This document shows positions 37,261 to 45,630 of a DNA stretch of 64,000 nt, piece by piece; the stretch's first letter is position 1, and each line of letters begins with the position of its first letter. Origin of the DNA: Patescibacteria group bacterium. Its GTDB lineage: Bacteria; Patescibacteriota; Minisyncoccia; UBA6257; 2-01-FULL-56-20. The notes beneath the pieces are model-generated. The model was given only the letters and a program-made list of their open reading frames with translations. It searched no databases and had not been told where the DNA came from. The position numbers and the translations under genes were made by a program. The stretch is taken from assembly GCA_018971305.1 (NCBI GenBank), contig JAGXBC010000001.1:31408-95407 (forward strand), in the 5' to 3' direction.

Positions 37261-38376
37261 ATGAGAGCGTTATTCCGCAAAATAAGAGATATGCGGTTCC
37301 AGCATGAACCGCTTATTACTGTCATTATCCACCGCGACCGCATTCTCCATAACCTCCGCGAGTTCCAAAAATCCGTCCCTGCCGTCGCGCCAGTACTAAA
37401 AGCCAATGCCTATGGCCACGGCCTTGTTCAGGTCGCCCAAATTCTGGAAAGCGGGCATCTCCCCTTCTTTTGTGTTGATTCCTATGTGGAGGCGATGATC
37501 CTGCGCAACGAAGGCATAAAAACCCCGCTTCTTATAATCGGCTACACGCCGCTCAAAAATATTGAACGCAGCCGACTCAAAAACGTGGCTTATGGAATTA
37601 TGAGTATGGAAGAATTGCAGCGCCTCGCGCGCGACTGCCGGCGTCCTACCAGCATCCATTTGAAAGTTGATACCGGCATGCACAGGCAGGGAATTCTTTT
37701 AGAAGAACTAAGCGAAGCGCTAGACACCCTGGAACGGAACGAAAAAATAATGCTTGAAGGCGTTTATTCCCATCTTGCCGATGCCGATAACGAAAAATCA
37801 ACCCTCACGGAAAAACAAATAGGGCTGTGGAACGCCGCCGCCCGCGAAGCAAGAGACAGATTCCAAAGCGTACGCTGGTTCCACTTGTCCAACACGGCAG
37901 GCAGTAAGTACGCAAAAAATATTGACGCGAACGTTATGCGCCTCGGGCTCGGGCTTTATGGGATAGGCGCAAATAATTTATTGCCGGCACTGGAAATGAA
38001 AACGCGTCTAACATCGGTGCGCAAAATCACTGTGGGCGAAAGCGTGGGCTACAACGCGACCTTCACTGCAAAAAATGAAATGACTGTCGCCACAATTCCC
38101 GTGGGCTACGCCGAAGGCCTGGACAGGCGGCTCTCCAATAAAGGCAGCGCAACTGTTAAGGGCGTCAATTGCCCATTTGTCGGCCGCGTTAATATGAATA
38201 TAACTTCCATCGATGTTTCGCGCGTGCCGAACCCAAAACTGGACGACGAAGTGCTTGTTATCAGTTCCGAGCGCAACGCGCCGAATTCAATTGAGAACAT
38301 GGCGAAAACCTGCGACACAATCCCCTACGAACTCTTGATACGCATCCCGGCACAGATACGCAGATACGAAGAGTAG
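37261..38376 (+). CDS. alr: Alanine racemase
   Basis: PLP-lysine motif VAPVLKANAYGHGLVQVAQIL and C-terminal domain. Start at MRALFRK chosen to avoid the overlap with FtsQ. Confidence 0.85.
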   Translation: MRALFRKIRDMRFQHEPLITVIIHRDRILHNLREFQKSVPAVAPVLKANAYGHGLVQVAQILESGHLPFFCVDSYVEAMILRNEGIKTPLLIIGYTPLKNIERSRLKNVAYGIMSMEELQRLARDCRRPTSIHLKVDTGMHRQGILLEELSEALDTLERNEKIMLEGVYSHLADADNEKSTLTEKQIGLWNAAAREARDRFQSVRWFHLSNTAGSKYAKNIDANVMRLGLGLYGIGANNLLPALEMKTRLTSVRKITVGESVGYNATFTAKNEMTVATIPVGYAEGLDRRLSNKGSATVKGVNCPFVGRVNMNITSIDVSRVPNPKLDDEVLVISSERNAPNSIENMAKTCDTIPYELLIRIPAQIRRYEE

Positions 38377-38392
38377 TAGAAAAATAAAATCT

Positions 38393-38920
38393 ATGCTATT
38401 TTATTTAAAAAAAATAAAGAGGCTGCCTATAATAGTTTCCGCTATATTATTACTCCTGATAGTGGGCGGGGTAGTATGGTTCCGTTCCCAGCAGCAGAGA
38501 GCATTAAATCAAGCAGATCAGCGGGAGTATAATGGTCACGATGATATTTCGATAGTTCAGCTTGCACACGAAGCAGTTAATTATCTAAACGATTTTTACA
38601 ATATGAATCATCAATTTCCTTCGGATCACGAATGGGAAACGCAATTCCTTACACCACACAACCTTGGAACATATAGCGACAATATGCGAACAACATTGCT
38701 TCAATACGATAATCACCAGAATTATTCGGAGGTTATCAATGGCCAAACCCAATATGGACCACGTTCCGACACATTCCTGCTGAGATACGACCTAAGACAC
38801 CCAGAATCGTTTGCTGTAGGTGAACTAGTACAATCTTACTTTTGTATTTTTGGATGCGGCACAGATACAGAATATTGGATCACCAATAAAACCTATAAAG
38901 GTTTTATGACTGCTCCTTGA
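38393..38920 (+). CDS. Hypothetical membrane-anchored protein (175 aa)
   Basis: N-terminal TM LPIIVSAILLLLIVGGVVWF; no other motif. Confidence 0.4.
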   Translation: MLFYLKKIKRLPIIVSAILLLLIVGGVVWFRSQQQRALNQADQREYNGHDDISIVQLAHEAVNYLNDFYNMNHQFPSDHEWETQFLTPHNLGTYSDNMRTTLLQYDNHQNYSEVINGQTQYGPRSDTFLLRYDLRHPESFAVGELVQSYFCIFGCGTDTEYWITNKTYKGFMTAP

Positions 38921-39152
38921 AGAATGGAGCATCACGATTTCCCGGTCGCGGCCCGGCTGCCCGCGGGAGAACGGATACCAGGAATCGTTCTATGGCAAGT
39001 TCAAAGTTGATTTCGGGGACCCGAACCGGTTCAGAACTTTGGGCGAACTGGTTGCCGCTATCTACCGCACGATCTGGGAATACAACCATACAAGGATTCA
39101 TTCCGCGCTCAAGATGCCCCCGTCGGTGTTTGCGGAGAAGATGGCGGCATGA
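38910..39152 (+). pseudogene. IS3/IS481-superfamily (rve integrase-core) transposase, C-terminal remnant only (~70 aa, no start codon)
   Basis: Frame open from the TGA at 38907-38909. It reads SRSRPGCPRENGYQESFYGKFKVDFGDPNRFRTLGELVAAIYRTIWEYNHTRIHSALKMPPSVFAEKMAA*, matching the conserved end of rve-domain transposases (GxP.[DE]N...ESF.G..K.E...F.T..EL...I...I..YN..R.HS.L...P). Confidence 0.6.
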
Positions 39153-39385
39153 GAAAATGAAAAAACGGCGAGGGAATTCGCCGAATCAATGTCTAAAGAA
39201 ACCTATCCATTGCAGCCTAATATCTTGTACCAAGTAGCTTTATTTTTTGGGAAAAAGAGAACAGCACTAACTGCAAGCGTACCCGCGGTTATTCCGTGTT
39301 CAATATTTCCGGAATTCGACCGTTTGGAACCTTGGCCCCAAACTTGTTTTGAGTCTACTATCCAAAATCAAATTACCACATTGTG

Positions 39386-39426
39386 CGAAAAAAAGAAGGC
39401 CGCTGCATAAACTTCATGCAGCGGCC
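39386..39426 (-). terminator. Rho-independent terminator after the 211-aa ORFan
   Basis: 11-bp stem ggccgctgcat(39398-39408)/atgcagcggcc(39416-39426), followed on the minus strand by TTCTTTTTTTCG. Confidence 0.6.
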
Positions 39427-39447
39427 GAAATGCCGAGAGTCAAAGAG

Positions 39448-40083
39448 TTAAATAGACTTGCGGACAGCGGCGAAACGACAGATCGAGATCCACCCGCCGT
39501 CGAAACAGCCCAGGTACAGGACGCGCCCGCCGGAGCCCCTGCCGAGGCACACGACGAAGCGATCGCCGCGCCGGCCCCGCCACACGGAATTGGGGCCGAG
39601 GGCAACTATCGGGAATTCACGCTGCTTCTCCCTGTAAGCTGCGCCGAAAGCCAGAAGTTCCGGCAACTCGGCAGGACGGAAACCCATTCTGTCGAGTCCC
39701 CGCACCGCTCCGTCCGAATCAATGTCACGGTTGAAGTGAATCAATTCCACAACCACTTTTTCCTTGCCGCGATTTGCCCGCAACACGGGAAAGTGTTCCT
39801 CGGTGATGTCGGAATTAACCCAGTCATATTTCCCGGCGGCGATCATCCGTGACAAGGTCAGTGAGTAATAGACGATTACGCAGAAGATGTTCTTCGCGGC
39901 TTGCATCGCTTCCGCTAGAACGTCGGCGATCTTCTCGACCAAAGCATCCGGCGCTTCGCCGTCCTTCACAAGTTCATGAATCTGCTCGTCGGAAGCACCG
40001 AGGTTGCGCAGAGCTTTTTCGAGCTTGGATGCGAAACTTCCGATCCAGCCCGCGCCGCTCACGATTGCAGTTGGTTTTGCCAT
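39448..40083 (-). CDS. Hypothetical protein (211 aa) in a GC-rich island
   Basis: ORF with its own terminator; local GC content is visibly higher (about 58% by eye) than the flanks; no motif recognised. The plus-strand ORF 39349..39852 is its antisense shadow. Confidence 0.5.
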   Translation of the reverse strand: MAKPTAIVSGAGWIGSFASKLEKALRNLGASDEQIHELVKDGEAPDALVEKIADVLAEAMQAAKNIFCVIVYYSLTLSRMIAAGKYDWVNSDITEEHFPVLRANRGKEKVVVELIHFNRDIDSDGAVRGLDRMGFRPAELPELLAFGAAYREKQREFPIVALGPNSVWRGRRGDRFVVCLGRGSGGRVLYLGCFDGGWISICRFAAVRKSI

Positions 40084-40337
40084 TTCAGTTTCTCCTTCAT
40101 CCGCTCATCCCTCGGTCCGATAAACGAACAATCGGACTCCCGGATAAGTCGGCTGCCTGCAGCTTTCAACAAAATCAAAGATTTCAAGGTACGGCTTAAT
40201 TATACACCACAAACCCATATTATGTCAAGCGGTTGAAAAACTGCCTAAATATGGGGAAAAACTCTCTGCTGACCTACGCACTTCTATAAATAAATTAACT
40301 CTCTTCAATTCCGCCTCTCCGAACCGGTTGTGCGGGC

Positions 40338-40424
40338 TCATAAACGGACCTTCTTTAAGGCAACATTACCACCGAACCATCGGCGCGAGAGGCGCTCGTA
40401 CGCTGGGGTGATGTCAGTGACGAT
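40338..40424 (-). pseudogene. Displaced, diverged duplicate of the murI 3' end (28 codons + stop, no start)
   Basis: Minus-strand reading gives IVTDITPAYERLSRRWFGGNVALKKVRL*. The true murI C-terminus is LVTDITPEYVRFSRKWFGKTKLKTVEL* (17/27 identical, same length to the stop); the two copies match at about 79% nucleotide identity over the upstream ~48 nt. Confidence 0.6.
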
Positions 40425-40431
40425 GGTTATC

Positions 40432-40848
40432 TTAAAGATTGACTAAATATGTTTCCAGTAATTTTTCTACCGCGGCCAAGGTTTCCTTTTTTAGTTTCGG
40501 ATTGCTTGCCGCCACCCATTTGGCGAAGTTATAAAATTCCTGATTATCAACCTTGAGCCATTTTTTATTTTTGTAGAGAAAATATAATAGTGCGGTCATT
40601 GCGATACGTTTGTTGCCGTTCTGAAACGGGTGATTTTTCACAAGGAGATAAAAAAATATCGCGGCCTTGCCAAGGAGTCCCGAGTAAGCGGGCTTGCCGC
40701 CGAAACTCTGAAATGGCGCGATAAGGCAGCTTTCAAGAATGTTGGGAAAGCGTGAGCCGAACTCGGGAATAGGCTCGTCCCATGTCATCGTTTCTTTGGC
40801 CAAAGTATAGGCAACGTATTCCACCTCCCTGATCGTGAGCGATTTCAT
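40432..40848 (-). CDS. doc: Doc (death-on-curing) / Fic-family toxin
   Basis: Doc-type Fic motif HPFQNGNKRIAMTAL (HxFx[DN]GNKR); 138 aa; starts 7 nt after the stop of the upstream HTH gene. Confidence 0.8.
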   Translation of the reverse strand: MKSLTIREVEYVAYTLAKETMTWDEPIPEFGSRFPNILESCLIAPFQSFGGKPAYSGLLGKAAIFFYLLVKNHPFQNGNKRIAMTALLYFLYKNKKWLKVDNQEFYNFAKWVAASNPKLKKETLAAVEKLLETYLVNL

Positions 40849-40854
40849 TTCTCC

Positions 40855-41109
40855 TTATTCTTTGCCGAGCAATTTAAGGGTTTGACCGTATTCTTTCACT
40901 GTCTTCCTGACCGCGCTTTCTATTAGGCGCTTCTTGTCCTCACCTAGAACTATACCGAGTATCTCCGGAAACTCGCTCTTCCGCACAACAAAATTACGAC
41001 CAACCTTGCTAGCTTTTATTTCGCCGGATTTGATTTTTTTAAAGACAGCAATTCGGCTTATACCCAAAAGCCTGGCAACCTCGCTTGTAGAAAGCAATTC
41101 TTTTTCCAT
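40855..41109 (-). CDS. Helix-turn-helix (excisionase/MerR-like HTH_17) DNA-binding protein, likely antitoxin of the Doc toxin
   Basis: LLSTSEVARLLGISRIAVFKKIKSGEIKASKVGRNFVV fits the excisionase-family HTH pattern; 84 aa, immediately upstream of doc. Confidence 0.7.
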   Translation of the reverse strand: MEKELLSTSEVARLLGISRIAVFKKIKSGEIKASKVGRNFVVRKSEFPEILGIVLGEDKKRLIESAVRKTVKEYGQTLKLLGKE

Positions 41110-41139
41110 ATAAATGAATATTAATCCTTGTTAACCGAC

Positions 41140-41175
41140 TTGTCAATGGTTAACATATGTTAACCAAACCGCCTT
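41140..41175. promoter_or_regulatory. Triple GTTAAC(C) palindromic repeat in the 70-bp leader of the HTH-doc operon (candidate operator)
   Basis: tGTTAACCgacttgtcaatgGTTAACatatGTTAACCaaacc read directly, between murI stop 41180 and HTH start 41109. Confidence 0.35.
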
Positions 41176-41179
41176 TTAT

Positions 41180-41971
41180 TCATAATTCAACTGTCTTCAG
41201 CTTCGTCTTCCCAAACCATTTACGCGAGAAGCGCACGTACTCCGGAGTGATGTCGGTGACCAAGAGTTCCCTCTTCCAATTTTCGCTCAAGAGCGAATCA
41301 ATTTCCGGGTGGTGCGAAAGATAATCCTTCAGCTTCCGTGGAATAATTTCGTCTTGCGAAACCACGGGCACGCCGGCAATCCTGCGAATCATATTTTTCA
41401 ACGCCGGATAATGAGTGCAACCCAAGATTATTTTTTGTACTTTTTTCCGCTTTAATGGCTTAAGATACTCACGCACGAATGGCTCGGCGCGTTTAAACTC
41501 CCCGCTTTCTATTAACGGCACAAGCATCGGTGCGGCATTCTGGAAAACTTTTACGCCGCGGTTAAGCTTTTTTAACTCCCGTATATAGGCGCCGGAATTT
41601 ACAGTCCCCTGCGTCGCTAAGACTCCTATTTTTTCGATTTTTTTATCTTTAAGCGCTTCTTCGACCGTAGGAATTATCACGCCTAAAACCCGCCGCTTCG
41701 GATAATGCTTCGGCAAATAATTCCTCTGAATTTTCCGCAACGCCTCGGCGGACGCAGTATTACAGGCAACGATGATCAATCCGCAATCTTTTTTAAATAA
41801 ATATCTCACCGCCTCCTCTAAAAACCGGTAAACTGTTTCGGGCGAGCGGTTGCCATAGGGAACGCGCTGCGTATCGCCCAGATAAACATAATCATAACGC
41901 GGCAATTTGCGCACCAAAGCCCGCATAACGAAGAGCCCGCCCAGTCCCGAATCAAAAACGCCGATCTTCAT
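41180..41971 (-). CDS. murI: Glutamate racemase
   Basis: MKIGVFDSGLGGLFVMRAL...IIVACNTASAEAL...KIILGCTHYPAL, typical of MurI. Confidence 0.9.
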   Translation of the reverse strand: MKIGVFDSGLGGLFVMRALVRKLPRYDYVYLGDTQRVPYGNRSPETVYRFLEEAVRYLFKKDCGLIIVACNTASAEALRKIQRNYLPKHYPKRRVLGVIIPTVEEALKDKKIEKIGVLATQGTVNSGAYIRELKKLNRGVKVFQNAAPMLVPLIESGEFKRAEPFVREYLKPLKRKKVQKIILGCTHYPALKNMIRRIAGVPVVSQDEIIPRKLKDYLSHHPEIDSLLSENWKRELLVTDITPEYVRFSRKWFGKTKLKTVEL

Positions 41972-41977
41972 CGCGCG

Positions 41978-43213
41978 CTAGCCGATAACTTTCTTCCCGA
42001 AATATTTTTGCAAAGCTTCCGGAACGTCAATTTTCCCGTCTTCCCTCTGATAATTTTCCAAAACAGCGATGATTCCCCGCGAGGTGGCGATGGCAGTGCC
42101 ATTCAGGGTATGGACGAATTCCGGCTTATCCGCAGTCTGCCCTTTGTATTTGATATTCAGCCTCCGCGCCTGATAGTCTGTTGTGTTGGAAGTTGAGGTA
42201 ACTTCTCCGTAATCGCCCCTCCCCGGCATCCAGGCCTCCAGGTCAAACTTGCGTGCCGCCATCGCACCCAAGTCACCGGCGCACATCTCAAGTACGCGGT
42301 AAGGAATACCGAGGGATTGCCAGAGTTCTTCTTCCAGGGCCAGCAGCTCTTCGTGGATCGCGGGCGATTCTGCCGGCTTCGCGTAAGCGAACATTTCCAC
42401 TTTCGTAAACTGATGCACGCGGTAAAGTCCCCGAGAATATTTTCCGTAAGCGCCTCCTTCCTGGCGGAAACAATGCGAATAGCCCGCATAGCGCTTAGGC
42501 AGATCTTTTTCCTGCAGAACTTCATCGGCGTGAATGGCGGCAAGCGTTACCTCGGCTGTGGCAATAAGGCCCAAGTCGGAATCGGCAACCAGATAAGTCT
42601 GCGCCTCCGGCCCGCGCGGATTGTAACCTGTGCCCAAATAGAATTTATCTTTTGCCAAATCCGGCGTAAGCCAAAGGTCAAAACCTTTCTTGCGGAGAAA
42701 ATCCAAAGCATACTGCACAAGCGCGAGCTCTAAGAGCGCACCGTCGTTCTTCAGATAATAAAATCCCGAACCGGCAACTTTGGCGCCGGAGGCGAAGTCA
42801 ATTATTCCCAGGGCCTCCCCCAATTCCAGGTGGTCTTTCGGCTTGAAAGTAAATTCTGTCTTTTTTCCCACTTCGCGCAGAACCTTGTTTTCCGATTCGT
42901 TGAAACCCTGCGGCACTTCCGGCAAGGGCAGATTGGGAATTTTCATCCAGGCCTCATCCCGCTCTTTCTCCAATTCCGTAATCTCCAATTCCGCCGCTTT
43001 TATTTCTTCCTTATTCTTTTTGGCTTCCTCAACGTTGCGCTCCTTGGAAAGCTTATTCTGCTTGGCACGGAGTTCGTCGAGCTTAACCCTGAATTCGCGC
43101 CAGTTATTGTCACTCTCCAAAAAATCGTCCACGAGCGCCGGGTCGGCGTTTTTGGCCTTGAGCCCCGCCTTAACTGTTTCCGTATCTTCGCGTAAAAGTT
43201 TGATGTCCAGCAT
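41978..43213 (-). CDS. serS: Serine--tRNA ligase
   Basis: Coiled-coil N-arm MLDIKLLREDTETVKAGLKAKNAD and class II motifs (FRQEGGAYGKYSRGLYRVHQFTKVEM; GAMAARKFDLEAWMPG). The start could instead be 43231 (MIYDKKM). Confidence 0.85.
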   Translation of the reverse strand: MLDIKLLREDTETVKAGLKAKNADPALVDDFLESDNNWREFRVKLDELRAKQNKLSKERNVEEAKKNKEEIKAAELEITELEKERDEAWMKIPNLPLPEVPQGFNESENKVLREVGKKTEFTFKPKDHLELGEALGIIDFASGAKVAGSGFYYLKNDGALLELALVQYALDFLRKKGFDLWLTPDLAKDKFYLGTGYNPRGPEAQTYLVADSDLGLIATAEVTLAAIHADEVLQEKDLPKRYAGYSHCFRQEGGAYGKYSRGLYRVHQFTKVEMFAYAKPAESPAIHEELLALEEELWQSLGIPYRVLEMCAGDLGAMAARKFDLEAWMPGRGDYGEVTSTSNTTDYQARRLNIKYKGQTADKPEFVHTLNGTAIATSRGIIAVLENYQREDGKIDVPEALQKYFGKKVIG

Positions 43214-43289
43214 TTTTTTATCATATATCATTTGACAAGATTTTTGAAATCCGGGAACATTTAAAGAGCTCTGATAATCGGAGGATAAT

Positions 43290-43673
43290 ATGCCTGAAAA
43301 TAAGTTGGCTAGCTCGCATCGCTTTCTCATGATTTTGTTCGTAATGATCCTGACGATGCCTGTCGCAATAGCTTCCAAGTCCACCACCAGCACCAAAACC
43401 ACAACTCAAACCCCAGGGAAAATCTGCCCGCCAGAAACCCCGAATGACTATCCGGCGGAAGAAATGTGCCAGAAATGCTGCTGCATGAAAAGTAAATACA
43501 AAGACTGCGATACAGAATGTAAGCAGATGAGAGAAGCCAAGGCCGACATTAACGGAACTCCCGTAGAGGTTTATAAAGATCTCGTTGGCTTGAAAGATGC
43601 AAATAACAGCATGTGCACGAAGCTATGCAAAATCCCGAAACAGAATACGAACACACATAAACACAAACACTAA
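43290..43673 (+). CDS. Small secreted cysteine-rich protein (127 aa, signal peptide, 8 Cys, His/Lys-rich C-terminus)
   Basis: Signal-like MILFVMILTMPVAIASKST, Thr-rich linker, then CPPETPNDYPAEEMCQKCCCMKSKYKDCDTECK...CTKLCK. Followed by terminator 43686-43716. Confidence 0.45.
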   Translation: MPENKLASSHRFLMILFVMILTMPVAIASKSTTSTKTTTQTPGKICPPETPNDYPAEEMCQKCCCMKSKYKDCDTECKQMREAKADINGTPVEVYKDLVGLKDANNSMCTKLCKIPKQNTNTHKHKH

Positions 43674-43685
43674 ATTATTTGATGG

Positions 43686-43716
43686 AAAGCCGAGCCCACG
43701 CTCGGCCTTTTTATTT
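43686..43716 (+). terminator. Rho-independent terminator after the Cys-rich ORF
   Basis: Stem gccgagc(43689-43695)/gctcggc(43700-43706) with loop ccac, then CTTTTTATTT. Confidence 0.6.
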
Positions 43717-43749
43717 CTCAAAACCAGGAAAAGGTTTTATACTGAAACA

Positions 43750-45522
43750 ATGCCCAAACAACCGGATGTTTCCAAAATAGAAGCCATCCGCCACTCGCTC
43801 GCCCATCTTTTGGCAGCTGCCGTATTAAAAAAGTTTCCCGATGCCAAGCTCGGTATAGGCCCGACGATTGATAACGGCTTTTATTATGATTTCCTTCTGC
43901 CACGGACTCTCACTCCCGAAGATTTGAAAGAGCTTGAGAAAACCATGCGCGGACTGGCGCACCAAAACCTCCCCTTCTCAGGCAAAGAAGTAACTGCCGC
44001 CGAAGCGAAAAAGGTATTCAAAGACCAGCAATTCAAGCTGGATTTAATAAAAGAGTTTTCCAATCCGCCAGCTGACGGGAAAAAACCGCTTACGATTTAC
44101 TACACCGGTGACGCATTTTTTGACCTCTGCCGCGGCGGGCATGTGGAAAACACCAAAGAAATTCCGGCAGATGCCTTTAAGCTGGACAAGATAGCCGGCG
44201 CCTACTGGCGTGGCGACGAAAAGAATCCGCAGCTGCAAAGGATTTACGGCTTGGCGTTCGAGACGAAAAAAGAATTGGAGGATTACCTTAAGCTCCGCGA
44301 AGAAGCGGCCAAGAGAGACCATAAAATCCTGGGGAAAAAACTCCGGCTTTTTGTATTCTCTCCGGAAGTCGGTCCAGGTCTGCCGATGTACACCCCGCGA
44401 GGTAACGCCATACGCGAAACACTTCTCAACTATATAGCCGGGCTTAAACGCAGCCGCGGTTACAGTTTTGTTTGGACTCCTCATTTGGCTAAAAAACAAC
44501 TCTATATAAAATCAGGACATTTGGGAAAATATGACGCCATGCTGCCCCCTATCAAGATAGAGGACGACGAAGAGCTGGTCGTAAAACCGATGAATTGCCC
44601 GCATCACTTTGCAATATACAATTCGGAACCTCATAGCTACCGCGACCTTCCTTTCCGAATCGCCGAGAACGCTACCGATTACCGCAATGAGAAATCCGGA
44701 GAGCTCAATGGTCTCTTCCGTGTCCGATCTCTCACACAGGATGATACGCACCATATTATCCGGCACGACCAGATAGCTTCGGAAATAGATACGATACTCG
44801 GATTGACGCGCGAGGTTTACGAAAATTTCGGATTCAAAAACTATAAGGTTGAAATTTCCACCTGGGACCCCAAGAATAAGAAAAAATATTTTGGGACCGA
44901 GAAAGCCTGGGAGGAAGCCCAAAACTCGCTTATTGCCGGAGCCAAGCGCTGGAACGCACCCTATAAAGTTGTTGAAGGTGAAGCGGCTTTTTACGGACCG
45001 AAGATAGACATCAGGGTTGAGGATGCCCTTGGGCGCGATTGGCAGCTCACGACCGTCCAGCTGGATTACAACCAACCGGAGAACTTTGATATGACCTATA
45101 CCGACGACAAGGGCGGAAAAGCCCGGCCAGTTGTAATTCACGCGGCTATTTTGGGTTCCGTGGACAGATTTATGGGAGTAATCATAGAACACTTTGCCGG
45201 AGCGTTCCCTTTGTGGCTCGCGCCCGTGCAAGTTTCTATCCTGCCAATCAGCGAGAAACAAAACAAATACTGCTCGGCGATTTTAGAAAAACTATCCGCA
45301 AGCGGCGTACGCGCCGAGATGCCCGATGCCAATGAATCCCTCGGAAAACGCATCCGCGAAGCGGAAATCATGAAAGTACCTTACGTTTTGGTTGCTGGTG
45401 AGAAAGAAGAAAAAAACGGCACGATAAACGTCCGTCATTACAAGCGAGGGCAGGAAGGAGAGATAGATATAGAAAATCTTTTAGAGAAAATCTCGAGTGA
45501 AATAAAAAATAAGGTCATTTAA
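43750..45522 (+). CDS. thrS: Threonine--tRNA ligase (no N-terminal TGS domain)
   Basis: Starts in the N2/editing region (IRHSLAHLLAAAV), then the class II catalytic core (RVRSLTQDDTHHI) and anticodon-binding domain. Start placed at MPKQPD. Confidence 0.9.
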   Translation: MPKQPDVSKIEAIRHSLAHLLAAAVLKKFPDAKLGIGPTIDNGFYYDFLLPRTLTPEDLKELEKTMRGLAHQNLPFSGKEVTAAEAKKVFKDQQFKLDLIKEFSNPPADGKKPLTIYYTGDAFFDLCRGGHVENTKEIPADAFKLDKIAGAYWRGDEKNPQLQRIYGLAFETKKELEDYLKLREEAAKRDHKILGKKLRLFVFSPEVGPGLPMYTPRGNAIRETLLNYIAGLKRSRGYSFVWTPHLAKKQLYIKSGHLGKYDAMLPPIKIEDDEELVVKPMNCPHHFAIYNSEPHSYRDLPFRIAENATDYRNEKSGELNGLFRVRSLTQDDTHHIIRHDQIASEIDTILGLTREVYENFGFKNYKVEISTWDPKNKKKYFGTEKAWEEAQNSLIAGAKRWNAPYKVVEGEAAFYGPKIDIRVEDALGRDWQLTTVQLDYNQPENFDMTYTDDKGGKARPVVIHAAILGSVDRFMGVIIEHFAGAFPLWLAPVQVSILPISEKQNKYCSAILEKLSASGVRAEMPDANESLGKRIREAEIMKVPYVLVAGEKEEKNGTINVRHYKRGQEGEIDIENLLEKISSEIKNKVI

Positions 45523-45630
45523 AAAGGAAGGAGCCCACACGGGAGGTGTGGGCTTTAAAAGAGGAATGGCTCGGGCTTATAGTTTCAGGACGAAACTACA
45601 ATCCGAGTCGGGGAGGTTTAGTGGGGTGGA

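Larger units (their letters stand above)
38910..40337. mobile_element. GC-rich horizontally acquired island (transposase remnant + ORFan), contiguous with the murI-associated toxin-antitoxin insertion
   Basis: Abrupt compositional shift visible in the sequence, an rve-transposase fragment at the left edge, the ORFan with its own terminator, and the diverged murI 3'-end duplicate at the right edge. Confidence 0.45.
40425..41179 (-). mobile_element. Inserted two-gene toxin-antitoxin cassette (HTH antitoxin + Doc toxin) bounded by direct repeats of the murI 3' terminus
   Basis: 87-nt diverged direct repeats at 40338-40424 and 41180-41266 bracket exactly the HTH-doc operon and its leader. Confidence 0.55.

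Noticed and set aside
39349-39852. Plus-strand 167-aa Ala/Pro-rich ORF in the GC-rich island
   Set aside because: It lies antisense to the 211-aa minus-strand ORF, which has a proper terminator. High-GC DNA generates spurious long ORFs; its composition (AAEMP, APAGAPAEAHDEAIAAPAPP) looks like a GC artefact.
45558-45630. Nested hairpin (ctcgg-gcttatagtttcaggacgaaactacaat-ccgag) after thrS as a possible riboswitch or sRNA
   Set aside because: Too short (about 40 nt) and without a recognisable conserved core; more likely part of the thrS terminator region. Mentioned only for completeness.
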